Shown here in pieces: positions 8,110 through 17,000 of a stretch of 64,000 nucleotides of DNA. This stretch comes from Candidatus Binataceae bacterium. GTDB taxonomy: Bacteria; Desulfobacterota; Binatia; Binatales; Binataceae. The notes beneath the pieces were generated by a model. It was not told the origin of the DNA. It did no database searches and saw only the letters and a program-made list of their open reading frames with translations. Where the stretch lies: positions 34,555 through 98,554 of the forward strand of contig JADMIL010000004.1 of NCBI GenBank assembly GCA_015478645.1, in the 5' to 3' direction. The translations under genes and the position numbers were made by a program. Position 1 is the stretch's first letter; the number at the start of each line of letters is the position of its first letter.

Positions 8110-9129
8110 ATGAGCGGCGCGAGTTTTTTTGCGGTGCGATCTCCGAGTTGGGTATTAACCTACCTTGGGGTCAACATCACGGCCGACATTTCTTCGATGG
8201 TCCTGTCGATCATCTATACGGACGCGCTGCAGGGCGAATCCGGACGCCTAGAAATTGAGATCGAGGATCATGACAAGCGCTGGCAGGGCCCCTGGTACCC
8301 GACTGAGGGAGATGCTGTCAATTTACTAATCGGCTATGCGGGCGAACCTATGCTGCCTTGCGGAGACTTTCAGGTCGATGAACTCGGGCTGGGCGGGATA
8401 TCATCGGGGCCGCCGGACGTGTTCCACTTGCGCTGTCTGGCCGCGTATATTACGCCGGCGATGCGCACACTCAATAGCGCGGGATATGAAAATCAGACAC
8501 TGCTTCAGATCGCGGGAACGATTGCAGGAAAATATGGATACAGCGTTGTCGGCGCGCCGGATGCGCTAAACCTATCGTTTGCACGGGTTACGCAGCGACA
8601 AGAGACCGACGTGGCGTTTCTCAATCGGCTTGCGCAAACGCACAATTACAATTTTACAATACGTGGTAGTCAACTCGTCTTCTATTCGCGCGCGACTCTC
8701 GAGGCCGCGGCACCGGTTGCGACAATCACGCGCAGCGACATAGTCACTTTCAACTTCACGAACAAGACGCATCGAGTTTACATGGGGGCGCAAGTCTCAT
8801 ACCAGGATCCAGCGACCAAGCAGTTGCTGACACAGCGATCAGTCGCCGCACCGACGACGCCCACCGGCGATACTCTAAAGCTTGCACGGCGTTGCGAAAA
8901 CCAGCAGCAGGCACTCCTTAAAGCGCAAAGCGCGCTGCATCGCGCCAACATGAAGCGCGCGACGGCTCAGCTCACAACAATTGGTGCGACGATTTACGTG
9001 GCAGGCAACAACGTCAATGTCGCGGGTTTTGGCGTCAATGACGGCGTCTACTTGATCGAAACGGCGCGTCATCGATTGACGCGGGCGACAGGCTATACGA
9101 CGGAACTAGAAGCGCGGCGCGTCGATTGA
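8110..9129 (+). CDS. Baseplate hub protein (P2 gpD/Mu gpP-like)
   Basis: IT.DIS..V.SI.YTD...G.S..LEI...D....W...WYP..GD, G.F.VDE, Q..ETD..FL.RLA, GYTT..E. Confidence 0.9.
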   Translation: MSGASFFAVRSPSWVLTYLGVNITADISSMVLSIIYTDALQGESGRLEIEIEDHDKRWQGPWYPTEGDAVNLLIGYAGEPMLPCGDFQVDELGLGGISSGPPDVFHLRCLAAYITPAMRTLNSAGYENQTLLQIAGTIAGKYGYSVVGAPDALNLSFARVTQRQETDVAFLNRLAQTHNYNFTIRGSQLVFYSRATLEAAAPVATITRSDIVTFNFTNKTHRVYMGAQVSYQDPATKQLLTQRSVAAPTTPTGDTLKLARRCENQQQALLKAQSALHRANMKRATAQLTTIGATIYVAGNNVNVAGFGVNDGVYLIETARHRLTRATGYTTELEARRVD

Positions 9130-9292
9130 TGGATCGGGGCGGCCATGGCAGTGGGGTAATATCATGATCACGCCCAGGCAGCAGGCATGGACCGTCGCGG
9201 ATGATCCGTCTGCACGGTTAAGCGCACACATCGGTACGGCACCTTTGCACACAACGATCTCCGCAACCCGACGCGGCTGACGAGAGGCCCCT

Positions 9293-9820
9293 GTGTTTCG
9301 AGTTGGCATAGTAAAGAGTCTGGATGCGACGAATGCCCGGGTGCGGGTGGTGTTTCCCGATCGCGATCAGATGCAGAGCTGGTGGCTCCCGGTAGTTTTT
9401 GCGAAGACGCAAAACGATAAAGAGTACTGGCTGCCGGATGTGGGCGAGCAAGTGGTCTGTGTAATGGATGAATACGACGAAGACGGCGCTGTGCTCGGAG
9501 CGATTTATTCGAGTGTGGATCGGCCGCCGGTGGCAAGCGCCGACAAGTTGCACTGGTCGGCAAAAGACGGGGCGGTATTCGAATACGATCGGGCGGCTCA
9601 CGCGTTCGCAGTGAGTATTCCCACAGGCGGAACGATAACAATAAGCGCGAACGGCGCGAATATCGCGATCGACGGCTCGGGCGACGTGTTAATCGCGGCC
9701 GCCGGAGAGATCACTCTCGCCGGCGGGGGGCCCGCTGTTGCACGCGTCGGAGATATAACGACTTGTCCCGCGGGTTCGGGACAGATAGTCAGTGGCAGCG
9801 CAAAGGTAAATGCCGGATGA
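9293..9820 (+). CDS. Baseplate central spike (gpV-like) with a C-terminal PAAR-like motif
   Basis: R.GIV..D....RVRV.FPD......S.WLPV, YWLPDVGEQV.C..D, G.VLGAIYS, DG...EYDR; ends ARVGD...C....G.I.SGS..V.AG. Confidence 0.9.
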   Translation: MFRVGIVKSLDATNARVRVVFPDRDQMQSWWLPVVFAKTQNDKEYWLPDVGEQVVCVMDEYDEDGAVLGAIYSSVDRPPVASADKLHWSAKDGAVFEYDRAAHAFAVSIPTGGTITISANGANIAIDGSGDVLIAAAGEITLAGGGPAVARVGDITTCPAGSGQIVSGSAKVNAG

Positions 9821-9925
9821 ACCCTCGACCGCTTTTTTCGCAGGGTTGGCGAACTTGCCAAAACGCAAGAGATGATCGTCGCGATGATCACGGTGTCAAC
9901 GATGTGTAAGGCGGGTAAATAGGCG

Positions 9926-10369
9926 ATGAGTGTCGGCGCAATCACCCTGGCGGACATCACGTCTGCCGACTGGTCGTTGGCCCTTGATCAATCCGGAATG
10001 CCGGGTACAGGGCTGGGCAACGTGGTCCAAGGTGTGGCGGACGTTAACCAATGTATCCGAATCATTCTGACGACTCCGCGCGGCAGCGACCCGCTGCGGC
10101 CGACGTTTGGAGCGGACATCTGGCAATACGTAGACTATCCAGTCAACTCGGCGATACCCGCGATTGTACGCGAGGTAACCCAGGCGATAGCACTCTGGGA
10201 ACCGCGGGTCACACTGCTGTCGGTTAGAGCAACGCCAGCGCAGGATGATACCGCGCAGTCGGGTGCGCATCTGGATATTGCGATCACCTGGCAGCTCAAA
10301 TTGAGCACCAAGAACGGAAAAATAATGACCACGCCAAACAGTACGACGGTGACTATACCGACCGCTTGA
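9926..10369 (+). CDS. Baseplate wedge/sheath initiator gpW/gp25-like
   Basis: DV.QCI.IIL.TP.GSDPLRP.FG.D...Y.D.P, AI..WEPRV. Confidence 0.92.
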   Translation: MSVGAITLADITSADWSLALDQSGMPGTGLGNVVQGVADVNQCIRIILTTPRGSDPLRPTFGADIWQYVDYPVNSAIPAIVREVTQAIALWEPRVTLLSVRATPAQDDTAQSGAHLDIAITWQLKLSTKNGKIMTTPNSTTVTIPTA

Positions 10370-10432
10370 ACGGCCTGGAGTCAGGCTGAGTTCATCGGGA
10401 GACGCGCCGATGACGGAATGGAGTGAAAGCTG

Positions 10433-11602
10433 ATGGCTGGTGGTATTCCGCTGCTGCCGCCGCCGGTGTTCGTCGACGACGCCGACGGCCTGGACCCCAA
10501 CCTGATCCTCGCCGACATGGTGTCGGCCTTTCAGACCGCCGCAGGCCGTACATTACAGCCTGCACAGGTCGAGCGATTGCTGATCAATCTGTATGCGTAT
10601 CGTGAATCGCTGATACGCAACGCAATTCAATACGCGGGGCAGCAGAATCTGCTGGCCTATGCCGCATTCCCGATGCTCGACTACCTCGGCCAGCTACTGA
10701 GTATTATCCGGCTGGGCGCACAGGGAGCCACGACGACGCTCCAGTTTACATTGGCCAACCCGCTCAGTATCGCCTATGTGATTGCGGCCGGCACACAGGT
10801 CGGGACCATTGACGGTCAATTTGTTTTCGCCACAATCGAGAGCCTTACGATCCCGGCCGGCTCAATCTCAGGTTCCGTGCAGGCCACCAGCACCACGCCG
10901 GGGACGGGCGGTAATGGCTATCTGGCCGGGCAGGTGAACGTCCAGATTAGCCCGAGTGTATTGATCTCCGCGGTGACCAACTCCGACACCAGCGCGGGCG
11001 GCGCGTCGCCTGAAACCGATGAGCACTTGCGTGCCCGGATCCAGGCGGCGCCCAATCAGTTCAGCACGGCGGGTCCGGAAGGCGCCTACCGTTTTTTTAC
11101 GCTTAGCGCCGACCCGTCGATTATTGACGCGCAGGTCGTGACGCCGGCGCCGGGACAGGTGGTGGTTTACGTACTGACCGGTCCGATCACGATCCAGCCG
11201 GCGCCGTCGCCGAATCCGGCGGCGATCGCGAGTTCCGGGCTGCTGGCGAAAGTGGCCATTGCACTCAGCGGCGACAGCGTGCGGCCATTGACTGACACGG
11301 TGAGTGTAATGGCGGTGACCGAGACTGACTATCAAATCTCCGGCACGATCACCATCTACTCCGACGCCGATCCGGCGGCCACGATGGCGGCGGCGAACGC
11401 CGCTGCCCAAAGCTATGCGATCGCGTTGGCCTCGCGTATCCAGCGCGACATCGTGCCCAGCCAGATTATCGAGGCGCTGTCAGTTACAGGCGTTTATGAG
11501 GTGGTGCTGACTTCGCCAAGCTACACTCAACTGCAACCCGGGCAATGGGCTAATTGCATCGCGGTGACGCTCAGCCAGGCAACCAGCTCGCAATTGAGTT
11601 GA
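10433..11602 (+). CDS. Baseplate J-like protein
   Basis: GRTL.PAQVERLLI...AYRE, ETDE.LR.RI..AP..FS.AGP.GAY.F, VRPLTD.V.V. Confidence 0.93.
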   Translation: MAGGIPLLPPPVFVDDADGLDPNLILADMVSAFQTAAGRTLQPAQVERLLINLYAYRESLIRNAIQYAGQQNLLAYAAFPMLDYLGQLLSIIRLGAQGATTTLQFTLANPLSIAYVIAAGTQVGTIDGQFVFATIESLTIPAGSISGSVQATSTTPGTGGNGYLAGQVNVQISPSVLISAVTNSDTSAGGASPETDEHLRARIQAAPNQFSTAGPEGAYRFFTLSADPSIIDAQVVTPAPGQVVVYVLTGPITIQPAPSPNPAAIASSGLLAKVAIALSGDSVRPLTDTVSVMAVTETDYQISGTITIYSDADPAATMAAANAAAQSYAIALASRIQRDIVPSQIIEALSVTGVYEVVLTSPSYTQLQPGQWANCIAVTLSQATSSQLS

Positions 11603-11725
11603 TGAGAATAGGGCTTAGCGGGTGGCAAATAATACCTCGTTATTCGATTACCTAACAGGCATTATCGCCGTGGCTGACAAGGCGCACGACGAAGTGTTTC
11701 AACCCGACAACACGGTCGAGCAGAA

Positions 11726-12562
11726 ATGGCGCAACTGACTATCCAACCTTCGATCAACGATATGCGCAGCAACACGCTGCTCGATCTTATTGAGCGGATG
11801 GATGCGCTCGACCTGACGCCAATTCTAGTCTATCGGCTGAACTCCACTCCGGATAGCGCATTGCTGCTGCTGGCGTGGCAGTTCGACATGCTTGGACCGC
11901 AATGGCAATTGGGCGCGCAGTTGACGGAGTCGGTCGACGCGCTAACCGCGATCGATCCGCTGATTGACATCGACACACTTAATTCGATCAATAGCATCCT
12001 CGGTCCGTCGGATTACGATTCGCTGCGAGCGCTGCTCAAGGTGGCGATTCCGTTGCATCGTACGCGCGGTACGCCGTATGCGATCAAGACGGCGCTGGCG
12101 TCGCTCGGTTGGGGAAGCGTTACGCTGGAGGAGGGTCAGTCGTCGTGGGGCGGTACGCAGTATCCGAGCGACCAGGGGTGGGCGGTGTTCCGCGCGCTGA
12201 TCAATCTCGCCAGCGGGCAGAGCGTTGACAGCGGCGCCGCGACGCGGGCGATCGCCACAATCAATTTTTTCAAACCGGTACGCGCGTGGCTGGACTCGAT
12301 ATGGTTTATCGGGGCGCCGATCGCTGACGGCGCGCCGGCGCCAGCCGATTTTGTTCTGTCAATTTTTATGCAGGGCGATCCGGTGCCGGAACCGGGAGAT
12401 ATCATCAACGCGCCGGGCTGGCCACTTGCGGATCTGAAGACTATCGCACCCCTTTACAACGATCACTTTACGCATGTCGGAATTACTTACGGCGCTAATC
12501 AGCCAGCGGTTGCGGACTCTGGTGTAATCGTGAACGGCGCCGCGATCGCCGCGCGCGCGTAA
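11726..12562 (+). CDS. Tail protein I (P2 gpI-like baseplate wedge)
   Basis: L..LAWQF, R.L.K.AI.LHR..GTP.AIK.AL..LG, WA.FR, KP.R..L. Confidence 0.88.
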   Translation: MAQLTIQPSINDMRSNTLLDLIERMDALDLTPILVYRLNSTPDSALLLLAWQFDMLGPQWQLGAQLTESVDALTAIDPLIDIDTLNSINSILGPSDYDSLRALLKVAIPLHRTRGTPYAIKTALASLGWGSVTLEEGQSSWGGTQYPSDQGWAVFRALINLASGQSVDSGAATRAIATINFFKPVRAWLDSIWFIGAPIADGAPAPADFVLSIFMQGDPVPEPGDIINAPGWPLADLKTIAPLYNDHFTHVGITYGANQPAVADSGVIVNGAAIAARA

Positions 12563-12599
12563 CGACGGAGCGAACCGTCAAAGCCAACGAGAGGGACCA

Positions 12600-13244
12600 A
12601 TGCGACCATCAGGGATTGTGACGCTATACAAGGGCGGGCGCCTCGTCTGGACGGGGCACAACCTTTATGTGAACGCGGGGCTGCCGCCGCTGGCTAATCT
12701 GATCGCGGGCGTGACCACGGGACAGTACGTTGCCGCGATGGGCTTCGGTTCCGGTGCGACCGCGCCGGCGGCGACCGATACAGGTCTGACCGCCTCGCCG
12801 ACGTACTATAATGCGATCGGATCGCACAGCTTTCCTTCGTCGGGAAGTGTGCAATTCAATTACTCACTGCTGGCGACCGATTACGGCGCAGCGGGCCTGA
12901 CAATTCAGGAACTCGGGCTCTTTGCCAATGCCAGCGCGCTGGCGTTGCCCGCGGCTATCGGGACGGCCAATCCCGCGTGGAACGCTGCGACTGCGTACGT
13001 CGTCGGCAACCTGGTGACCGATAGCAACGGCAATCTCCAGCGCTGCACGACCCTTGGGACCAGCGGCGGCAGCGCCCCGACGTGGTCAAGTATCGTCGGC
13101 GGGAGCACCTCGGATGGCTCCGCGGCATGGACACTGGTGGCGCTGCATACCGCGCCGGGACCGATTCTGGCGCACGTCGCGGTGCCGGCCTTCGCATATA
13201 CCGGAACGGGAAACTATTCAGGGACATGGACGCTTACTTTCTAA
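12600..13244 (+). CDS. Tail collar/fibre-attachment protein with an inserted CBM5/12-like module
   Basis: NL.VN.G...LA.L..G, G.G.G..AP...DT.L, I.ELGLF; insert W.A.TAY.VG..V....G....C...GTSG...P.W......DG...W. Confidence 0.7.
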   Translation: MRPSGIVTLYKGGRLVWTGHNLYVNAGLPPLANLIAGVTTGQYVAAMGFGSGATAPAATDTGLTASPTYYNAIGSHSFPSSGSVQFNYSLLATDYGAAGLTIQELGLFANASALALPAAIGTANPAWNAATAYVVGNLVTDSNGNLQRCTTLGTSGGSAPTWSSIVGGSTSDGSAAWTLVALHTAPGPILAHVAVPAFAYTGTGNYSGTWTLTF

Positions 13245-13351
13245 TAGCCGCGGCTTCGTAATAAGCGCGCGGCTGCGCCGAATCGCGCGCGCATCCTATA
13301 CCCGCTTGGCCTGGGACGTAGCGCGCAGATGATTAAAAGGATAATCAGCTA

Positions 13352-13924
13352 ATGGCGACATTGATCGATAGTCCCGAATTCAGCGCAAACGAGATTTACC
13401 AGATCCAACAGACCGATCCGGTCGAAGGGGCGGCCACTGGAGCGAGCTTCAATGGCGCCGGAGTCAGCAACCAGCCGCATCAGCAACTCGCCAACCGCAC
13501 CGCGCTGCTCAAACAGCGGCAGGATACGAATATCGCGAATATCGGTGTGCTGCAGGACTTCATGGCTGGGTTCATCGGTTCATTACAGACTAACGGCTAC
13601 CTGCAGATACCGATTGTGGACGTCCTGCGAGGGCCGATTACAGCGATAATTCAGTGGGGCTATTACGCATTGCCGCAGGTAGCCATTGCGTTAGACACCG
13701 AGTACTCAGTGACCTGGCCGCTGCGGTTTCCAAACACAATCCTGATCCCGCCGCTGGCGACAAATGTGTATTTCCAGACCAGCGGCCGAAATACCGCGGC
13801 GTCGGTGGTGACTTATAGCGAGCGCGGCGCGACCTTCGTGCTGGACGTACCCAACAGCAGTTACGGATCGTTCGCAGGCAACGAGAAATCCAATGGATTT
13901 TCGTGGCTTGCGATCGGTTTCTAA
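13352..13924 (+). CDS. Short tail-fibre protein (fibre N-terminal anchor plus gp53-like domain)
   Basis: IYQI...DPVEG....G.SN....QLANRT..LK; NGY..., IIQWG, V.WP..FPN, ..W.AIGF end. Confidence 0.78.
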   Translation: MATLIDSPEFSANEIYQIQQTDPVEGAATGASFNGAGVSNQPHQQLANRTALLKQRQDTNIANIGVLQDFMAGFIGSLQTNGYLQIPIVDVLRGPITAIIQWGYYALPQVAIALDTEYSVTWPLRFPNTILIPPLATNVYFQTSGRNTAASVVTYSERGATFVLDVPNSSYGSFAGNEKSNGFSWLAIGF

Positions 13925-14012
13925 GCGCGCTTAGCGGGTCGAATGGTGCAGATGCTCCACGGCGGCGAGGGACATCCAGCTGATCGCCCGCCGAGCAGGA
14001 CATGTAAAAATA

Positions 14013-17000
14013 ATGATGAGATTTCCATCGATGATACGAACTATACGAAGCGCGGGGGCGGGGCGGAAGCGGCTTGCGACCCTGATTTTTGCGGGCTTGA
14101 TTACGGCCGCCGCAGTCGCAATCGCGCAGGCGCAGTACCGGCCGATTCCGAACTACATTGGAATCGGCGCCGGGCAGGAATTCCGCAACGACATCAATAA
14201 TCATCTTTCCGGCGTTACACCGATAGCGCCGCGGATAGTGAGTATTCCGTTCGCGCAATTGCCAGCGGAGCAGGACGGCCAGGAGTATTGGGTGCCCAAT
14301 GCCACGCAGGCTAATCCTTGCACCGCCGGCGGATCAGGGGCGCTCGCGGTCGGGATACGGGGCCAGTGGAATTGCCTGTCCGGCGCGTCGGGCACGGCGC
14401 TCGGCGGCTTTCCGCTGACGGCGAACGTCAGTGCGGCGAGCCATAGTATCCAGAACTTGGCGGTGAATACGGCGACCGGTGATGCGCTCTCGCAGGGACA
14501 GTCGCACCTCAATGAGCTGGCACCGGCGCAGAACGTCTACAGCATGGGCAACAACAGGCTGCAATGGGTGCGCGGGGGCGCGCAGGCTCTCGACGCATTG
14601 AGCTATGGACAATCGGGCGCGCAACTCAACGGGCTGGATCTCAATAACAATCAGTTGGCTAATCTTTCGGCGGCGTCGGCCAGCGGACAGGCCTTGGCTT
14701 ACGCGCAGAATGGCGCGCAATTGACGACGAATCAGGCGGCGGGGGCGCTGGTCTCGTCGAGCCAGAACAACGCGAACGCCACGTCGGTGGCGATCAATGC
14801 ACCGGCGGGGATCGTCGCCGGGAATGCGCTGGTGGCCAATATCTTCTGGGTCTCGCCGACTGGCACGTTCACGCCGCCGGCCGGATGGACGCAGATTCGC
14901 GCGGATGCGACCAGTGTGAGCTATGGCTTGACGGCTGGGGTGTTCTGCAAGGTCGCGACGGGCAGCGAGCCAGCGAATTACACGTTCGGCTTTTCGGTCG
15001 CGCAGAACGTGGTCGGATCGATCAGCCAGATCAGCGGGATCACTTGTGCGACTGACGGAAGTTCCGTGAGTGCGGGCGGCGCGAATAGTATTACCGCGCC
15101 GGCGTTCGCCACGACGCATAGCAGCGACTACGTGGTTGCGCAGGGGTCGTCGTACAACCCGGCTTCTTTTACCGCTTCGATCGGCGGTCGGCTGATTTCC
15201 GACGGGAACGCCAACGGCGATCTGTTGGTCACCGGACGTATCAATCCGGGCGTAAACGTCCCGGCGGTTGTCTATTCGGGGACGTTGGCGAACGTCTCGC
15301 TGGCCTCGCAAGTCGCCTTTGTCACTGCGACGACGATTCAATCGCTCCCGGTGCTGAGCGGGCAGATCGGCGCGTCGATTCAATCGCTGACCGCAAGCAA
15401 TAGCCAGGTGCTCAACGTGCAGGCGGCGCCGTACAATGCGCAGGCCGACGGCAACACCGACGACGGTCCAGCGATTCAGCAGGCGATTTACGACGCCGAA
15501 AGAGCGGTGCCGCCAACGTTTCCTAATCCGAATCTCTATCCGGGAGGCTTCGGGGCCGTCTATCTGCCACGTTCGGCGACGGGCAAATGCTACGACATCG
15601 GCAAGCCGATCCGGGTGGCGTCGGGGGCGATCGAGATCAAGGGCGACGACGGCACGTGTATCCAGAAGCTGTATGCCGGGCCGACGATTATCAACGAAGG
15701 CTGGGGCATCGACTTTCTCCAGTACGGTCCGGCGCTGGTCGGGACGGGGCAATCGCTGAGCACGGTTGGCTATTTAAGCAGTAATACTAAAAACGGTTTC
15801 ATCGATCTTGCGCAGTTGCTCGACACGACGCAGATCAATCTTGCGACTCGCTTTGCCAGCGGCTTCGATATTGAGTTCTGGATGGAGCAGACGACTACGT
15901 TGGGGGGCAACGTTTTTCGCTCGAATCCGAATAATCCTGGCGGCGGCAACGGGATGGTTTCGATCACCGCGTCCGGCGGCGCCGGAAATCCGGTCGCGGC
16001 CAGCGTGAACACCACAGGCGGATTAGTCAGTCTGGCCGCGTGTCCTTCGCAGACCCAAAACACCGCCTACGACATGGCGCTCGATTGGGACGGCACGACC
16101 TACCGGCTGTTTCAGGGCGGCGTGCTGTGCTCGAGTGTGGCGTCGGCGAATGCGCCGGTGCTTGGGCCATTTGAATCGATGCAGCTACCGGCGCTCGGCG
16201 GTTTTGACTATTGGATGGCGGGGGGCAATATAAGTAGCCCGTTTCAGGGCTATCTCGACTCGATGAGATTTGAATCGGTCTCGGAGCATGTCGCGAACTA
16301 CACGCCGCCGACCGCGCGCTTTGCGGCCGACGGCAACACGGTGCTGCTGCTCAACTGGGATGCGTCGCTCGATGGAACGCAACTCGGCTATACGCAGAAC
16401 GCGGCGCCGGTCTATTTGCCGGTGTTGGGCGGCGGGCAAAATACGATCGGCACGTCGATGCATCTGCATAATCTGGAGCTTTGCGCCGACGATGGCCAAA
16501 TGGCGCATCGCGGTGACGGCCTGTTCTCGCAGTGGGCGGTCGGTTCGGAAATCGACCACGTCAGTTGCTCGAATGCGGTCTATGCGGGGCTGAACTTCTA
16601 CAACAATGACTTCGGCACGATTGAGCATAACAACACGGTGCTGAGCGGGATGCTCGGAATCCTCCACGGCGTCGCGTGGAATGGCGCGCGCGCCTACGAC
16701 GATGCGATGGATTCTCAGTCAATTGCGTGTGAGGAGACGGTTGGCGACGGCGGTGGCGGCTTCCACGATAGTCATCAGCTATGCACGAATCGCGGCACGC
16801 TGCGCTATTGCAAGATGTACATGGGGGAGGCGTTCACCGGGCAGGTGGACTTTGAGAATTGCGATCAGGAGGCGGGCGATAGCAACTTCGTCGCGTCGGA
16901 CCTGCTGCAAAACCCCCTGATTTCGCTGCAGTTCAATTCGCCCGATTTTGTCGGCGTCAGCGGCCATCCGTTTATCGAGCAGGACGGCGGCGGGATGGGA

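Noticed and set aside
9130-9292. Short ORFs in the gpD-gpV spacer
   Set aside because: Under 40 codons with no RBS or motif support
14334-15752. 472-aa minus-strand ORF
   Set aside because: Antisense shadow of the spike gene; Arg-rich with no motifs
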